From Micavibrio sp. (GTDB taxonomy: Bacteria; Pseudomonadota; Alphaproteobacteria; Micavibrionales; Micavibrionaceae): a DNA stretch of 64,000 nucleotides. The stretch is from NCBI GenBank assembly GCA_030824805.1, contig JAPJRC010000004.1, forward strand, positions 10,355-74,354. The letters are read 5' to 3'. Position numbers and translations under genes: made by a program. Under the pieces are notes generated by a model, which did no database searches, was not told where the DNA came from, and saw only the letters and a list, made by a program, of their open reading frames with translations. Shown here piece by piece: positions 1 through 9,730 of the stretch (positions are counted from its first letter, which is position 1; every line of letters begins with the position of its first letter).

Positions 1-346
<346 letters not shown>

Positions 347-440
347 CTATCCTTTGTGCGTTGCGTGAATCCTGTATGTGAATCTATCACTCGCGTGACT
401 ATGCACAAGACCGATTAACAGAGTATTGATTGACATAAAC

Positions 441-1691
441 CTAATTTATGCCGATTACGCCCAATTGCCAGCGCAGCTCTTCTTCGGTCAGGGGATAATC
501 CGTGCCGTGGCGGGGGTAGATGATATTGACGCTTTTCACCTCGCCGAATGTCTGTTGCAGGCGCATGGCAAGCCGCATCGAAAGCCCGGCCTTCCAGCAA
601 ACGGCGCAGATGGATTTCGGCGCTTTTACATCGAAGACCTTTTCGATGTTGGCAATGGAGGTGTTGGCGCGGAGCGCAAGACCGGCAAAGACGAATTTCT
701 TGTCGTGCATGGCAATGGCGTCTTCGAACACTTTTTCGAGCAAGTCGCCGGAGGCGAACATTTTCTTGGCGCGCTTTACGGGATCGCTTCCCGCAAAGTT
801 GTTCTTGCGCTGCTCCTCGTATTCCATGCGGCGCTTGATGACTTCTGTCACTTCGTTGATCGTGCGCTTGTCGAGATCGGACCGCTCCAGAAGAATTTTG
901 CGTACCGATTTGTCGACATAGGCCGCGAGTTTTTGTGCCATGAGCGGCGAGAGCGCCTTGTTCACCGCCAGCGGTTTGTGCCATTCGGGATATTCGTTGG
1001 CCCGTGCGACGATGGTTTCCAGCAGATCCTCGGTGATAATCGCGCCCGTGTTGTTCAACAGGATCGAGCCTGCAACCGCGTTGCCCGTGTCGATAACGGC
1101 GGCCGACACGCGCGCGCTCACCACCGCCCTGCCCGCGATGGCTTCGGCGGCCCAGTTTGCGGGATGGGTCATCAGTATATCGCACAGATCGTCATCGCTC
1201 AGCGCCATACAAAAACGCAGGATGGGTTCGGAGACTTCGCGTTCCAGATCGCGGGCGAGCGCCGTTGCCACTTCCGGCGGCGTGAAGGCATAGTCTTTGA
1301 GGGTTTCGGTGAGCGCCTTGCGGATTTTCAACACCTCATCGAGCGCCAGCATGCCAAGCGATTGCACGGCGAACGCATATAGCTGGCTGTAGCGTTCCTG
1401 ATCCAGCGTGGGAAGGATTTTAACAAGCCTGTGCGCCATGATTATCCGCACATCCATGCTTTTGTCTTTGGCAAGAAGCGAAGAGGCCTGCAGCGGCGTG
1501 GACGGATTTCCGGCAACGGCCTTGCGCACCTTTTCCGACTGGTCGTGCAGCGCCAGATAATAAAGAATTTCCTGAGAAGCGCGTTCGTTGCGCGCCAGCG
1601 CCAGACGCTGTTTTTCCGAGCCGGTTTCAGCGATGCGCTTTTCATCGACTTCGTTGATTTTTACCGATTTGAATTTATCGAAAAAACCCAT
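441..1691 (-). CDS. conserved alphaproteobacterial hypothetical protein (DUF2336-like helical repeat protein)
   Basis: 416-aa ORF, helical-repeat composition resembling DUF2336-family proteins; long ORFs on the opposite strand (426..1382) are shadow frames. Confidence 0.6.
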   Translation of the reverse strand: MGFFDKFKSVKINEVDEKRIAETGSEKQRLALARNERASQEILYYLALHDQSEKVRKAVAGNPSTPLQASSLLAKDKSMDVRIIMAHRLVKILPTLDQERYSQLYAFAVQSLGMLALDEVLKIRKALTETLKDYAFTPPEVATALARDLEREVSEPILRFCMALSDDDLCDILMTHPANWAAEAIAGRAVVSARVSAAVIDTGNAVAGSILLNNTGAIITEDLLETIVARANEYPEWHKPLAVNKALSPLMAQKLAAYVDKSVRKILLERSDLDKRTINEVTEVIKRRMEYEEQRKNNFAGSDPVKRAKKMFASGDLLEKVFEDAIAMHDKKFVFAGLALRANTSIANIEKVFDVKAPKSICAVCWKAGLSMRLAMRLQQTFGEVKSVNIIYPRHGTDYPLTEEELRWQLGVIGIN

Positions 1692-2752
1692 CAGCGCGCC
1701 TCGAAATAGCTGGATGATTGCATTTCCTTCAAACGCGATATGGTGCGTTCGAATTCATATTCATACTTGCTGTCATGATATATTTTTTCCGGCGCGGTTT
1801 CAGCCGTAAAAAACACACGGCGGCGCGCATCGTACAAAACGTCAACAAGCGTCATAAGCCGCTTGGTTTCGTTGTTGCGGTCATACCCCATGCGCGGAAT
1901 GCCTTCCACGAACACGGTGTGGTATTTTTCCGCGATGGTAAGATAATCTTCCGCGCCGTGCGGTTGTTCGCAAAGCTGCTGGAAGGTAAAGCGCGCCACG
2001 CCGTTTGCGGCACGGACCGGAATATCCCGCCCCTTCACCGTCACCGTTTCGACATGCACCGCCGCATCGCCGCTCAGCATGTGAAAAAACATGTCTGCCT
2101 TCATCTGCGTCTGCGTGTTGAGAGGATAAAGATAGGTTTCCAGATCCTGCACCGCTTCTTCGCGATAATCGGTTTCGGAATCCAGATGGACCACTTCCAT
2201 TCTCTGCTTCACCAGTTCGATGAACGGCAGGAAGCGTTCGCGCTGCAACCCGCCTTCATACAGGCGGTCGGGCACCCAGTTGGATGTCGCCACCACAGCG
2301 ACACCATAATCGAACAAAGCGGTGAACAGGCGGGAAAGGATCATCGCATCGGCGACGTCGGTGACGTGGAATTCGTCAAAGCATAGAACGCGCACCGTGT
2401 TGGCGACATGCTTGGCGTAATCTTCGAACACGCTGTCCGAAGCTTTATCAAGGCGTTGGTGGTGCAGCCAGTCCTGCGTTTCGATCATAAAGGCATGGAA
2501 GTGGACACGGCGTTTTTTGGTGTTTTCCGGCAGGTGCACGAAAAACAAATCCATCAGCATGGATTTCCCGCGCCCGACGCCGCCATGGATATAGACACCG
2601 CGCACGGGTTTCTTTTTTGAAAAGAACCCCTTCTTCGCGGCAAGGTCTTCTTGCAGGCGCTGTAGGGCGATGGCCGCCTTTTCCTGTTCCGGATCGGGCG
2701 TTATCTCGCCGGACGAAACCTTGGCGCGGTATGTATCAAGCAGTTTTGGCAT
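1691..2752 (-). CDS. zapE: cell division protein ZapE (AFG1-family ATPase)
   Basis: Walker A GGVGRGKS, AFG1/ZapE-like conserved blocks; start taken at MPKLLDTYRAKV (ATG 2752), which overlaps the tatC stop rather than the longer ORF start. Confidence 0.85.
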   Translation of the reverse strand: MPKLLDTYRAKVSSGEITPDPEQEKAAIALQRLQEDLAAKKGFFSKKKPVRGVYIHGGVGRGKSMLMDLFFVHLPENTKKRRVHFHAFMIETQDWLHHQRLDKASDSVFEDYAKHVANTVRVLCFDEFHVTDVADAMILSRLFTALFDYGVAVVATSNWVPDRLYEGGLQRERFLPFIELVKQRMEVVHLDSETDYREEAVQDLETYLYPLNTQTQMKADMFFHMLSGDAAVHVETVTVKGRDIPVRAANGVARFTFQQLCEQPHGAEDYLTIAEKYHTVFVEGIPRMGYDRNNETKRLMTLVDVLYDARRRVFFTAETAPEKIYHDSKYEYEFERTISRLKEMQSSSYFEAR

Positions 2753-3509
2753 CGCGGGCCTTTTCGATGCGGCGGACGAGGAAGATAGACAACTCATAAA
2801 GACCACAGATGGGAATGGCGAGCGCAAGCTGGCTAATCACATCGGGCGGCGTGATAACGGCGGCTACGGTAAAGATGGCAACGATCGCATAGCGGCGGAA
2901 AGAAACCAGCGCATCGCCCGAGACAATGCCGGCGCGCGCAAGCAGCGTGAGAAGGACCGGAAGCTGGAACGAGAGGCCGAATGCGAAGATAAGCATCATG
3001 ATCAGGTCGAGATATTGTTTTACGCTCGCCTCAAGCTGCACGGGCAGGACGGTTTCCGCACCCGTCGACTGGAAGCTTAAAAAGAAATGCCACGCCATGG
3101 GAATGACCATGTAATAAACCAGCGCCCCGCCGAGGAAGAACAGCACGGGCGTTGCCACCAGATAGGGCAGGAAGACCTTGCGTTCGTTTTTGTAAAGCCC
3201 CGGTGCCACGAACATCCATATTTGCGTCAGGATGATGGGGAATGTAAGGAAGCATCCGGCAAAGAACGAAATACTCAAGTAGGTGAAAAACGCTTCGGTA
3301 AGGCCGGTGTAGATAAGGCGGTTGGTAGACCCCTCGCCCATGGCATCGGCCAGCGGTTGCACCAGAAAGCCGTAGATCGGTTCTTTGAACAGGTAGCATA
3401 AGCCCGTGCCGGCCAGCATGGCGAACAGGCACCACATGACGCGCTTGCGCAACTCGGTAATGTGGGCGGTGAGCGATTCCATCGCGGTTTGCGGGGTCAT
3501 TTCATTCAT
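2736..3509 (-). CDS. tatC: twin-arginine translocase subunit TatC
   Basis: 257-aa polytopic membrane protein with TatC signature segments (FTYLSISFFAG...PGLYKNER...), directly downstream of tatA/tatB. Confidence 0.95.
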   Translation of the reverse strand: MNEMTPQTAMESLTAHITELRKRVMWCLFAMLAGTGLCYLFKEPIYGFLVQPLADAMGEGSTNRLIYTGLTEAFFTYLSISFFAGCFLTFPIILTQIWMFVAPGLYKNERKVFLPYLVATPVLFFLGGALVYYMVIPMAWHFFLSFQSTGAETVLPVQLEASVKQYLDLIMMLIFAFGLSFQLPVLLTLLARAGIVSGDALVSFRRYAIVAIFTVAAVITPPDVISQLALAIPICGLYELSIFLVRRIEKARDAKTA

Positions 3510-3808
3510 AGTTCAGGCCCCGTTTTCGGCTCGGCTTTTGCCACAGGATAATCTTCTTCGTCGGCGGATTTTTCATCGGTGGCAGGGCGCTTCTTGTTCG
3601 CTTCGAAATTCACGCCCTTGCGCAGTTCTTCGATATCGCCCGCGCGGAGAATATCGTCGAATTGCTGGCTCATCGCGAATTTCACGTATTGCAGGCGGCG
3701 GGCGAAGCGGCCGATCTGGTACATGGCTTTGGGAATATCTTTCGGCCCGATCACCATGACGGCGATCACCATGATCACCAGTAATTCGGACCAGCCGATG
3801 CCGAACAT
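3506..3808 (-). CDS. tatB: twin-arginine translocase subunit TatB
   Basis: MFGIGWSELLVIMVIAVMVIGPKDIPK... N-terminal TM plus amphipathic helix; 4-bp overlap with tatC. Confidence 0.9.
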   Translation of the reverse strand: MFGIGWSELLVIMVIAVMVIGPKDIPKAMYQIGRFARRLQYVKFAMSQQFDDILRAGDIEELRKGVNFEANKKRPATDEKSADEEDYPVAKAEPKTGPEL

Positions 3809-3811
3809 GGC

Positions 3812-3997
3812 TTACTGTTCTTTCTGCTTGTCTTCGATCTGTGCGGGCGGCGTGGAGGCATCGTCATCCGCCATGCCCTTTTTGAAGCTCTTGATGCCTT
3901 TGCCGAGATCTTCCATCAGGCCGGACACGCGGCCCTTGCCGAACAGCAGGAACACCACGACCACGACAACCAGAATGTGCCAGATGCTGATACCCAT
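3812..3997 (-). CDS. tatA: twin-arginine translocase subunit TatA
   Basis: 61 aa, [41 protein letters not shown], canonical TatA/E. Confidence 0.95.
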   Translation of the reverse strand: MGISIWHILVVVVVVFLLFGKGRVSGLMEDLGKGIKSFKKGMADDDASTPPAQIEDKQKEQ

Positions 3998-4000
3998 AAT

Positions 4001-4687
4001 TTATTCTTCCTCTTCGTCGTAACCGTCAAATTCGTCCTCGGCGCTTTCCACCGGCTCACCGCCGTCATCCTTGACGCCGGACAAAATTTCGGCGGCGTTG
4101 AGGTCGGCGTTGTCAAACATATCGCGCGTATCGGGCAGCGTTTCAATAGCCGGACGGCGATCCAGAAGACCAGCAGCCTTCAAATCTTCGAGACCCGGCA
4201 GCTCCATGATAGAGCCGAGGCCGAAATGGTCCAAAAACGCGTTGGTGGACAGCCATGTCAGCGGGCGGCCCGGCGTTTCGCGGCGCTTGCCGGGCTTGAT
4301 CCAACCGAGTTCGAGCAACTGGTCGATCGTGCCCTTGTTGGTGGCCACGCCGCGGATATTCTCGATTTCGGCGCGCGTGATAGGCTGGTGGTAGGCGATG
4401 ACAGCCAGTGTTTCCAGCGCGGCACGGGACAGGCGGCGCTCCACATCCTTTTCGATTGTGAGTGCGGAAGCCACATCCTGCGACGTTCTGAACGCCCATG
4501 CGCCGTTGACCTCGATCAAATTGATGCCGCGCCCGTCATATTGTTCCTGTAGTGCGGGCAGCAGAACCGCAAGGTCCGTGCCTTCGGGCAAGCGTTCATG
4601 CATCGCCTGCGGCGTCATCGGTTGCGGCGAAGCGAACAGGAGCGCTTCGACAATTTTCAATTGCTCAGTTTGTTCCGGATTCATCAT
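4001..4687 (-). CDS. scpB: segregation and condensation protein B
   Basis: ScpB winged-helix blocks (LKIVEALLFASPQPMT..., IEVNGAWAFRT, ETLAVIAYHQPITRAEIENIRGV); start set at MMNPEQTEQ, acidic C-tail. Confidence 0.9.
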   Translation of the reverse strand: MMNPEQTEQLKIVEALLFASPQPMTPQAMHERLPEGTDLAVLLPALQEQYDGRGINLIEVNGAWAFRTSQDVASALTIEKDVERRLSRAALETLAVIAYHQPITRAEIENIRGVATNKGTIDQLLELGWIKPGKRRETPGRPLTWLSTNAFLDHFGLGSIMELPGLEDLKAAGLLDRRPAIETLPDTRDMFDNADLNAAEILSGVKDDGGEPVESAEDEFDGYDEEEE

Positions 4688-5567
4688 CGTTACTTTCTTC
4701 TTCAATTTTATCTTCCGCCTTGGGTGCCTGCTCTTCAAGCGGCGGGCGGTTCGCGGTGCGCAGATAGATCGGACGGAACAAACCATCCTGACGGATTTCA
4801 AGCTTGCCCTGCTTCGCCATTTCCAGACCGGCGGTAAAGGTGGATGCCGTTGCCGAGCGCAGCATTAGCGGGTCCTTTATATTTTCGGGGAGGAAGCTCT
4901 GCAGCGTCGTCCACACCGAATGCACGCCGGATTTCGGCAGGTTGCCGAGCATGCGCGCCATGCGGTCCATCGCCTCTTCCATCGTCATGATGTTGAAGAC
5001 GGGCAGTTCGTACACGGCGGATTCCGCACGGCGGCGGATATCGCCGTAAGCCTTCAGCACATCATAAAGAGTGTCCTTGTAGGTGGCGTTGTAGGCTGTC
5101 TTCAAACCTTCGGGCGCGCCGCGCTTGAAGATGTTCACGCCGAGCTGCGGACGCGCCATCAATTTTTCCGCCGCCTGACGCATGGATTCAAGACGGCGCA
5201 ATTGGAATTGCAGCGCTTCGGCCATCGCCTCGCCCGACGGCTCACCGCTTTCGTCTTTCGCACGCGGCAGCAGCAGGCGGGATTTCAGATAGGCGAGCCA
5301 CGCCGCCATGACGAGATATTCGGCGGCGAGATCGAGACGCAGATCTTTTGCGCGCTCGATGAAATCCAGATATTGCCGTGCGAGTTGCAGGATGGAGATT
5401 TCGCGCAAGTCGACCTTTTGGTTGCGCGCCATGTCGAGGAGAACGTGGATAGGCCCTTCGTATCCGTCGAGATTGAGCAGCAGCGCATCCGCCTCATGCT
5501 CCCCTTCGGGGATGAGGGCGGTCGGATTATAATCCTGCGGCGGCTCGTCGAATGCGGCTTGCATCAA
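4665..5567 (-). CDS. scpA: segregation and condensation protein A
   Basis: ScpA/kleisin signature (LDGYEGPIHVLLDMARNQKVDLREISILQLARQYLDFIE). Confidence 0.9.
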   Translation of the reverse strand: MMQAAFDEPPQDYNPTALIPEGEHEADALLLNLDGYEGPIHVLLDMARNQKVDLREISILQLARQYLDFIERAKDLRLDLAAEYLVMAAWLAYLKSRLLLPRAKDESGEPSGEAMAEALQFQLRRLESMRQAAEKLMARPQLGVNIFKRGAPEGLKTAYNATYKDTLYDVLKAYGDIRRRAESAVYELPVFNIMTMEEAMDRMARMLGNLPKSGVHSVWTTLQSFLPENIKDPLMLRSATASTFTAGLEMAKQGKLEIRQDGLFRPIYLRTANRPPLEEQAPKAEDKIEEESNDDESGTN

Positions 5568-6489
5568 ATCTCTTCAAACTCTCTTCGCGCAAAGGCGGGC
5601 AAGCCTTTGCAATATCTTCCATTTCATTCAGGTGACCCGCGCAATATAGCGCGATATCGAGCCCCGCTTCCAGCGTTTTGACCACTCTATCCGCAGGAGA
5701 TCCATATCTTTCCAGCGCTTTCATGCAAAGGTCATCGGATACCAGTAACCCATTGAATTGCAGGTCATTCCGGATGAGATCGGTCACTTTGGAGGACACC
5801 GAGGCCGGATGTTCGGTGTCTATGGCGGTGTAGATAATGTGGGAAACCATGCCCCAGACCTTGTGCCCATAGGGTTGCTGGATCACGTAACGGAAGGGGC
5901 GAAAATCCATGGAATCGAGGTCGTCTATGTTGGCCGAGACGACCGGAAGGTCGTAGTGCGAGTCCAGCGTCGAGCGGCCCTGCCCCGGCATGTGCTTGAT
6001 CACGGGCGTAATGCCTTCGTTGATAAAGCATTCACAGGCCAGCGCGCCGAGCGCCGAAACGATTTCCGGATCGTGGCTGAAGGCGCGATCGCCAATGGCC
6101 TGATGTGTTTTCTCAAACAACACATCGAGCACCGGCGCGCAGTCGACATTAATACCGACACCGTTCAGATCATCCGATATGCCGCGCACCGTGGCGATCA
6201 GGCGGTCCTTGTCGTCAAGATCGCCGATGTCTTTCATCGACGGATATTCCGGCCAGTGCGGCGGGCGCATGCGGCGCACCCTCCCGCCTTCCTGATCGAT
6301 CAGGATGGGGCAATGCCAGCCGACGCTCTTGCGCAGATCGCTGCAGAGTTTTTTCAGTTGCGGCTGGTCGAGAATGTTGCGCGCGAACAGGATGAACCCG
6401 AACGGCTTCGCGTGTTTGAAAAAGCTTTTCTCCGCGGGTGAAAGCGTGTGGCCCAGACAGGAAAGAATGACGGCTTGGCTGTTTTGCAT
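5527..6489 (-). CDS. nagZ: beta-N-acetylhexosaminidase (GH3)
   Basis: GH3 motifs KHMPGQGRSTLDSHYDLP, GLLVSDDLCMKAL; 320 aa as in bacterial NagZ. Confidence 0.9.
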   Translation of the reverse strand: MQNSQAVILSCLGHTLSPAEKSFFKHAKPFGFILFARNILDQPQLKKLCSDLRKSVGWHCPILIDQEGGRVRRMRPPHWPEYPSMKDIGDLDDKDRLIATVRGISDDLNGVGINVDCAPVLDVLFEKTHQAIGDRAFSHDPEIVSALGALACECFINEGITPVIKHMPGQGRSTLDSHYDLPVVSANIDDLDSMDFRPFRYVIQQPYGHKVWGMVSHIIYTAIDTEHPASVSSKVTDLIRNDLQFNGLLVSDDLCMKALERYGSPADRVVKTLEAGLDIALYCAGHLNEMEDIAKACPPLREESLKRFDASRIRRAAAGL

Positions 6490-6561
6490 GCAACCAACTT
6501 ACAAAAAAAGCGCGGGGAACGCCGCGCTTTTTTCAAACTTATGATCAGGTATTTTGGCCGC

Positions 6562-7527
6562 TTACTTGGCAACCACGAGGCAGGAACCGCCCTTGGACTT
6601 GATACCGTTGCAGATGGAGGTTGCCGATTCTTTCGAGATCGGGCCTGCCTGGATACGGTAGAAGGTGCCCTTGGCGAGGTCCGCGCGTTGCGTGCGGAAT
6701 TCCAGACCGCTAAGGCCGGCATGTTTGGCTTGCAGCTTTTTGAATTCGCCTGCGGCACCTGACGTGTCCTTGACCGAGGCCAGCTGGACAAAGTAACCGC
6801 CCGCCGTCACTTTCGCGGCCGTTGTGCCAGCGGCAGGTTCCGTTTTGGCTACGGCTTCGGCTTTCTTCGGCTCCTCGGCTTTCGGCGCTTCTTCCACTTT
6901 CGCGGTTTCCGTCGGTGTTACCGGCGCAACAGGCTCCGCCTTGGCAACAGGTGCGGGAGCGGCGGCTGTCGGAGCGGTATCAGGTGTTGCTGTGCCGATG
7001 GCTTCCTTTACCAGCGCGTCGTTCGACGGCGGGGCAACCGTTTCGACTTTCGCCAGCGTGTCGGAAGGAGGCTGCACGCCCGGTTGCTGGTCACCCAGAA
7101 CAGGTTGCACGGCAAGGCCGGTTTCGGTTTGCGGGGTTTCCGTGTTCAGACCGGCAAACAGCTCGTCACGCGGCAGCGGCTCTTCGGCGCTTTCATCGGC
7201 GAGGATGTTTTCAGGACCCCCATCGGTCTTCGCGCCGTCAACGGACGAAAACACGGTGGAATCGCGGTATGGAATTTCCATGCCGCCCGGATTTTCCGGC
7301 GTGGTCTTGTAATCGCCAGCATCGGCGCGCACGATCGGCACGCTTTCGTTCGCGGCCATTTCGTCGCTGTCGGGGTACGATCCGAACACCACAACCCCCA
7401 AAAGGATCACGGCGACGGCGACCGATGCGATCGCGAACTCGCGCTTGCGTCTGGAAACAATATTCAGGATCTGGCCGAACAAGCCGTCCGAATCCTCTTC
7501 ATCAAAATCATCATATTTTTTTGCCAT
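6562..7527 (-). CDS. SPOR domain-containing protein (peptidoglycan-binding, Ala/Pro-rich linker)
   Basis: N-terminal TM, long low-complexity A/P/T/E-rich region, C-terminal SPOR fold (GGYFVQLASVKDTSGAAGEFKKL...FYRIQAGPISKESATSIC). Confidence 0.85.
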   Translation of the reverse strand: MAKKYDDFDEEDSDGLFGQILNIVSRRKREFAIASVAVAVILLGVVVFGSYPDSDEMAANESVPIVRADAGDYKTTPENPGGMEIPYRDSTVFSSVDGAKTDGGPENILADESAEEPLPRDELFAGLNTETPQTETGLAVQPVLGDQQPGVQPPSDTLAKVETVAPPSNDALVKEAIGTATPDTAPTAAAPAPVAKAEPVAPVTPTETAKVEEAPKAEEPKKAEAVAKTEPAAGTTAAKVTAGGYFVQLASVKDTSGAAGEFKKLQAKHAGLSGLEFRTQRADLAKGTFYRIQAGPISKESATSICNGIKSKGGSCLVVAK

Positions 7528-7657
7528 GAGTCGGATGCTATGAAAAAGGGGACAGGTTGTAAAGGGGCAGGTTGGTTAATATTCACGGATTTGAACAAAC
7601 TGTCGCAACTTCTCCATCCTGATCATAAAAACTCATTACCAATACAGCCAAAAGAAC

Positions 7658-8080
7658 CTACACAGGATCCCTTATAATCAGTTTCATATTGTGTTTTTCC
7701 CAGCTGTGCATTAGCACGAAGGTCAGCGCCGAAGCCACCACGCCGCCGCAGGCGAAAGCGCCAAGAAACAGCGCCATCACGAAAAAGCGATCTTGCATCC
7801 ACGGCGCACCCAAAATGAGAGACAGGATAATACCGTTGATGAGCGTGCTTTTCAGCGCTGTGTTGAGGTAGGGTTTGTAATGCCGCACACCCTGGTCCCA
7901 CAGGATGAAGCCTTTCAGATAGCCATAGATGATGGAGGGCGTCGCGATTACCATGCCTGTCAGGATAACAATATCGGCAATTGTAAAAATCGCAAGCGGC
8001 TGGGTGGATTCCAGCGCCATGGCGACCACAAGGCAGGCGACGGATGTGGAAAATAAAACAATGAATAATTTTACCAACAT
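7658..8080 (-). CDS. small integral membrane protein (about 4 TM), unknown function
   Basis: 140-aa ORF with four hydrophobic segments; no recognisable motif. Confidence 0.5.
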   Translation of the reverse strand: MLVKLFIVLFSTSVACLVVAMALESTQPLAIFTIADIVILTGMVIATPSIIYGYLKGFILWDQGVRHYKPYLNTALKSTLINGIILSLILGAPWMQDRFFVMALFLGAFACGGVVASALTFVLMHSWEKHNMKLIIRDPV

Positions 8081-8110
8081 GGCCTGTTTCCCCCTTTAGA
8101 AAAGCCGGTG

Positions 8111-9313
8111 TTATTTATCCCAGTATAAATCAAACAATCTTTCGTGCTCGCGGATCGCGTAACGGTCTGTCATGCCCGCGATATAATCGCAGACGATGCG
8201 CGCGCGGGCCGTGTCGTTGATCATGCCGCCCGCTTCTTCCACGCGCCGTTGCCAGTGTTCGGGCAAAAGCTGGTAACGTTCCATAAAGGCGCTGAAGAGT
8301 TCGGAGACGATGCGTTCCACCTTCAACCGCACGCGCATTACGGTGTAGTGACGGTACATGCGGTTCCAGAGAAAGCTGCGCAGCTCATCCACTTTTTCAA
8401 GCATTTCATCGGAAAACGCCACGACCTGGCGACCCGCATGGCGTACATCATCCGGCGATTGCGGGTTCAACTTTTGAATACGCGCGTTTGATTCCGCCAG
8501 CACATCCTGCACCATGCCGCCGATCATCTCGCGGATGGATTCCTGTACCAGATAATGTTCGGCGATATCGGGATAGCGGCGTTTTACATCATGGATCACT
8601 TCGCGCAGGAGCGTGACGGTTTCCAGATCCTTCAACGTGAACATGCCGGCGCGCAGCCCGTCTTCCACATCGTGGTTGTTGTAGGCGATGTCATCGGAGA
8701 TCGCGGCGCATTGCGCCTCGACAGATGCAAACGTGTCGAGCAACAGGTCTGTCTGTTTTTGCACTTCGGTCAATGTCACGGGGCGATGGCCCGTGACGGG
8801 GCCGTTATGCTTTACCACGCCTTCCAAAGTTTCCCATGTCAGGTTCAGGCCCGGCCAGCGATGGTATTTGCGCTCCAGTTTCGTGAGCACGCGCAAAGAC
8901 TGGTCATTGTGTTCGAAGCCTTCATACGGCTCCATGCATTTTTCCAGCACTTCCTCGCCCGTGTGTGCAAACGGGGTGTGGCCAAGGTCGTGCGCAAGAG
9001 CGATGCCTTCGGCCAGATCTTCGTTCACCATCAGCGCGCGGGCGATGGAACGTGTTATCTGGGCCACTTCCAACGTGTGAGAGAGGCGCGTTCTGTAATG
9101 GTCGCCCTCGTGATAGACGAACACCTGCGTCTTGTATTTCAACCGGCGGAAAGCAGAGGCGTGGATGATACGGTCGCGATCCCTCTGGAAACAGGTGCGG
9201 GTGCTGCTTTCCTCTTCTGCGTGCAGACGGCCTTTCGACTGGTCCGGGCGGCAGGCATAGGATGCCAGCGGAAGGGCACAATAATTATAGGAAAGCGGTT
9301 GTTTCTCTGACAT
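8111..9313 (-). CDS. dgt: dGTPase-like deoxyguanosinetriphosphate triphosphohydrolase (HD domain)
   Basis: HD motif LSHTLEVAQITRSIA...HDLGHTPFAH, 400 aa typical of dGTP triphosphohydrolase-like proteins. Confidence 0.9.
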   Translation of the reverse strand: MSEKQPLSYNYCALPLASYACRPDQSKGRLHAEEESSTRTCFQRDRDRIIHASAFRRLKYKTQVFVYHEGDHYRTRLSHTLEVAQITRSIARALMVNEDLAEGIALAHDLGHTPFAHTGEEVLEKCMEPYEGFEHNDQSLRVLTKLERKYHRWPGLNLTWETLEGVVKHNGPVTGHRPVTLTEVQKQTDLLLDTFASVEAQCAAISDDIAYNNHDVEDGLRAGMFTLKDLETVTLLREVIHDVKRRYPDIAEHYLVQESIREMIGGMVQDVLAESNARIQKLNPQSPDDVRHAGRQVVAFSDEMLEKVDELRSFLWNRMYRHYTVMRVRLKVERIVSELFSAFMERYQLLPEHWQRRVEEAGGMINDTARARIVCDYIAGMTDRYAIREHERLFDLYWDK

Positions 9314-9336
9314 AGGATCTCATATATAATAGTGTT

Positions 9337-9663
9337 ATGAGCATAACACTGACAGACGGCCTCGTAAAACGGATTAAGTCCTTACAGACGCAGCAAAATA
9401 ACCCTGCGTTAAAACTGCGGATCATGGTTGATTCCGGCGGGTGCCAGGGTTTCGAATACAAGTTCAGCCTCGACACCGAAGTGAAATCCGACGACGAATT
9501 GTTCGAAAAGGACGGTATCGGCGTGATTATCGACGATATATCCCTGCCCTACATGCGCGGCGCGACCATAGATTACACGAACGAACTGGTCGGCGCGTAT
9601 TTCAAGATCGACAACCCCAACGCCACCTCGTCGTGCGGGTGCGGCACATCTTTCTCGGCATAA
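9337..9663 (+). CDS. erpA: iron-sulfur cluster insertion protein ErpA/IscA family (HesB)
   Basis: 108 aa; conserved Cys in DSGGCQGFEY and C-terminal CGCGTSF. Confidence 0.9.
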   Translation: MSITLTDGLVKRIKSLQTQQNNPALKLRIMVDSGGCQGFEYKFSLDTEVKSDDELFEKDGIGVIIDDISLPYMRGATIDYTNELVGAYFKIDNPNATSSCGCGTSFSA

Positions 9664-9730
9664 CGCATACGGCGGAACTTTTCGCCCATTCAACAGTTAT
9701 GTCATTCTTAGCTCATTTACGGGGTCTATC

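Noticed and set aside
426-1382. 318-aa plus-strand ORF antisense to the DUF2336-like gene
   Set aside because: Shadow frame of a GC-rich gene; implausible composition and no start context
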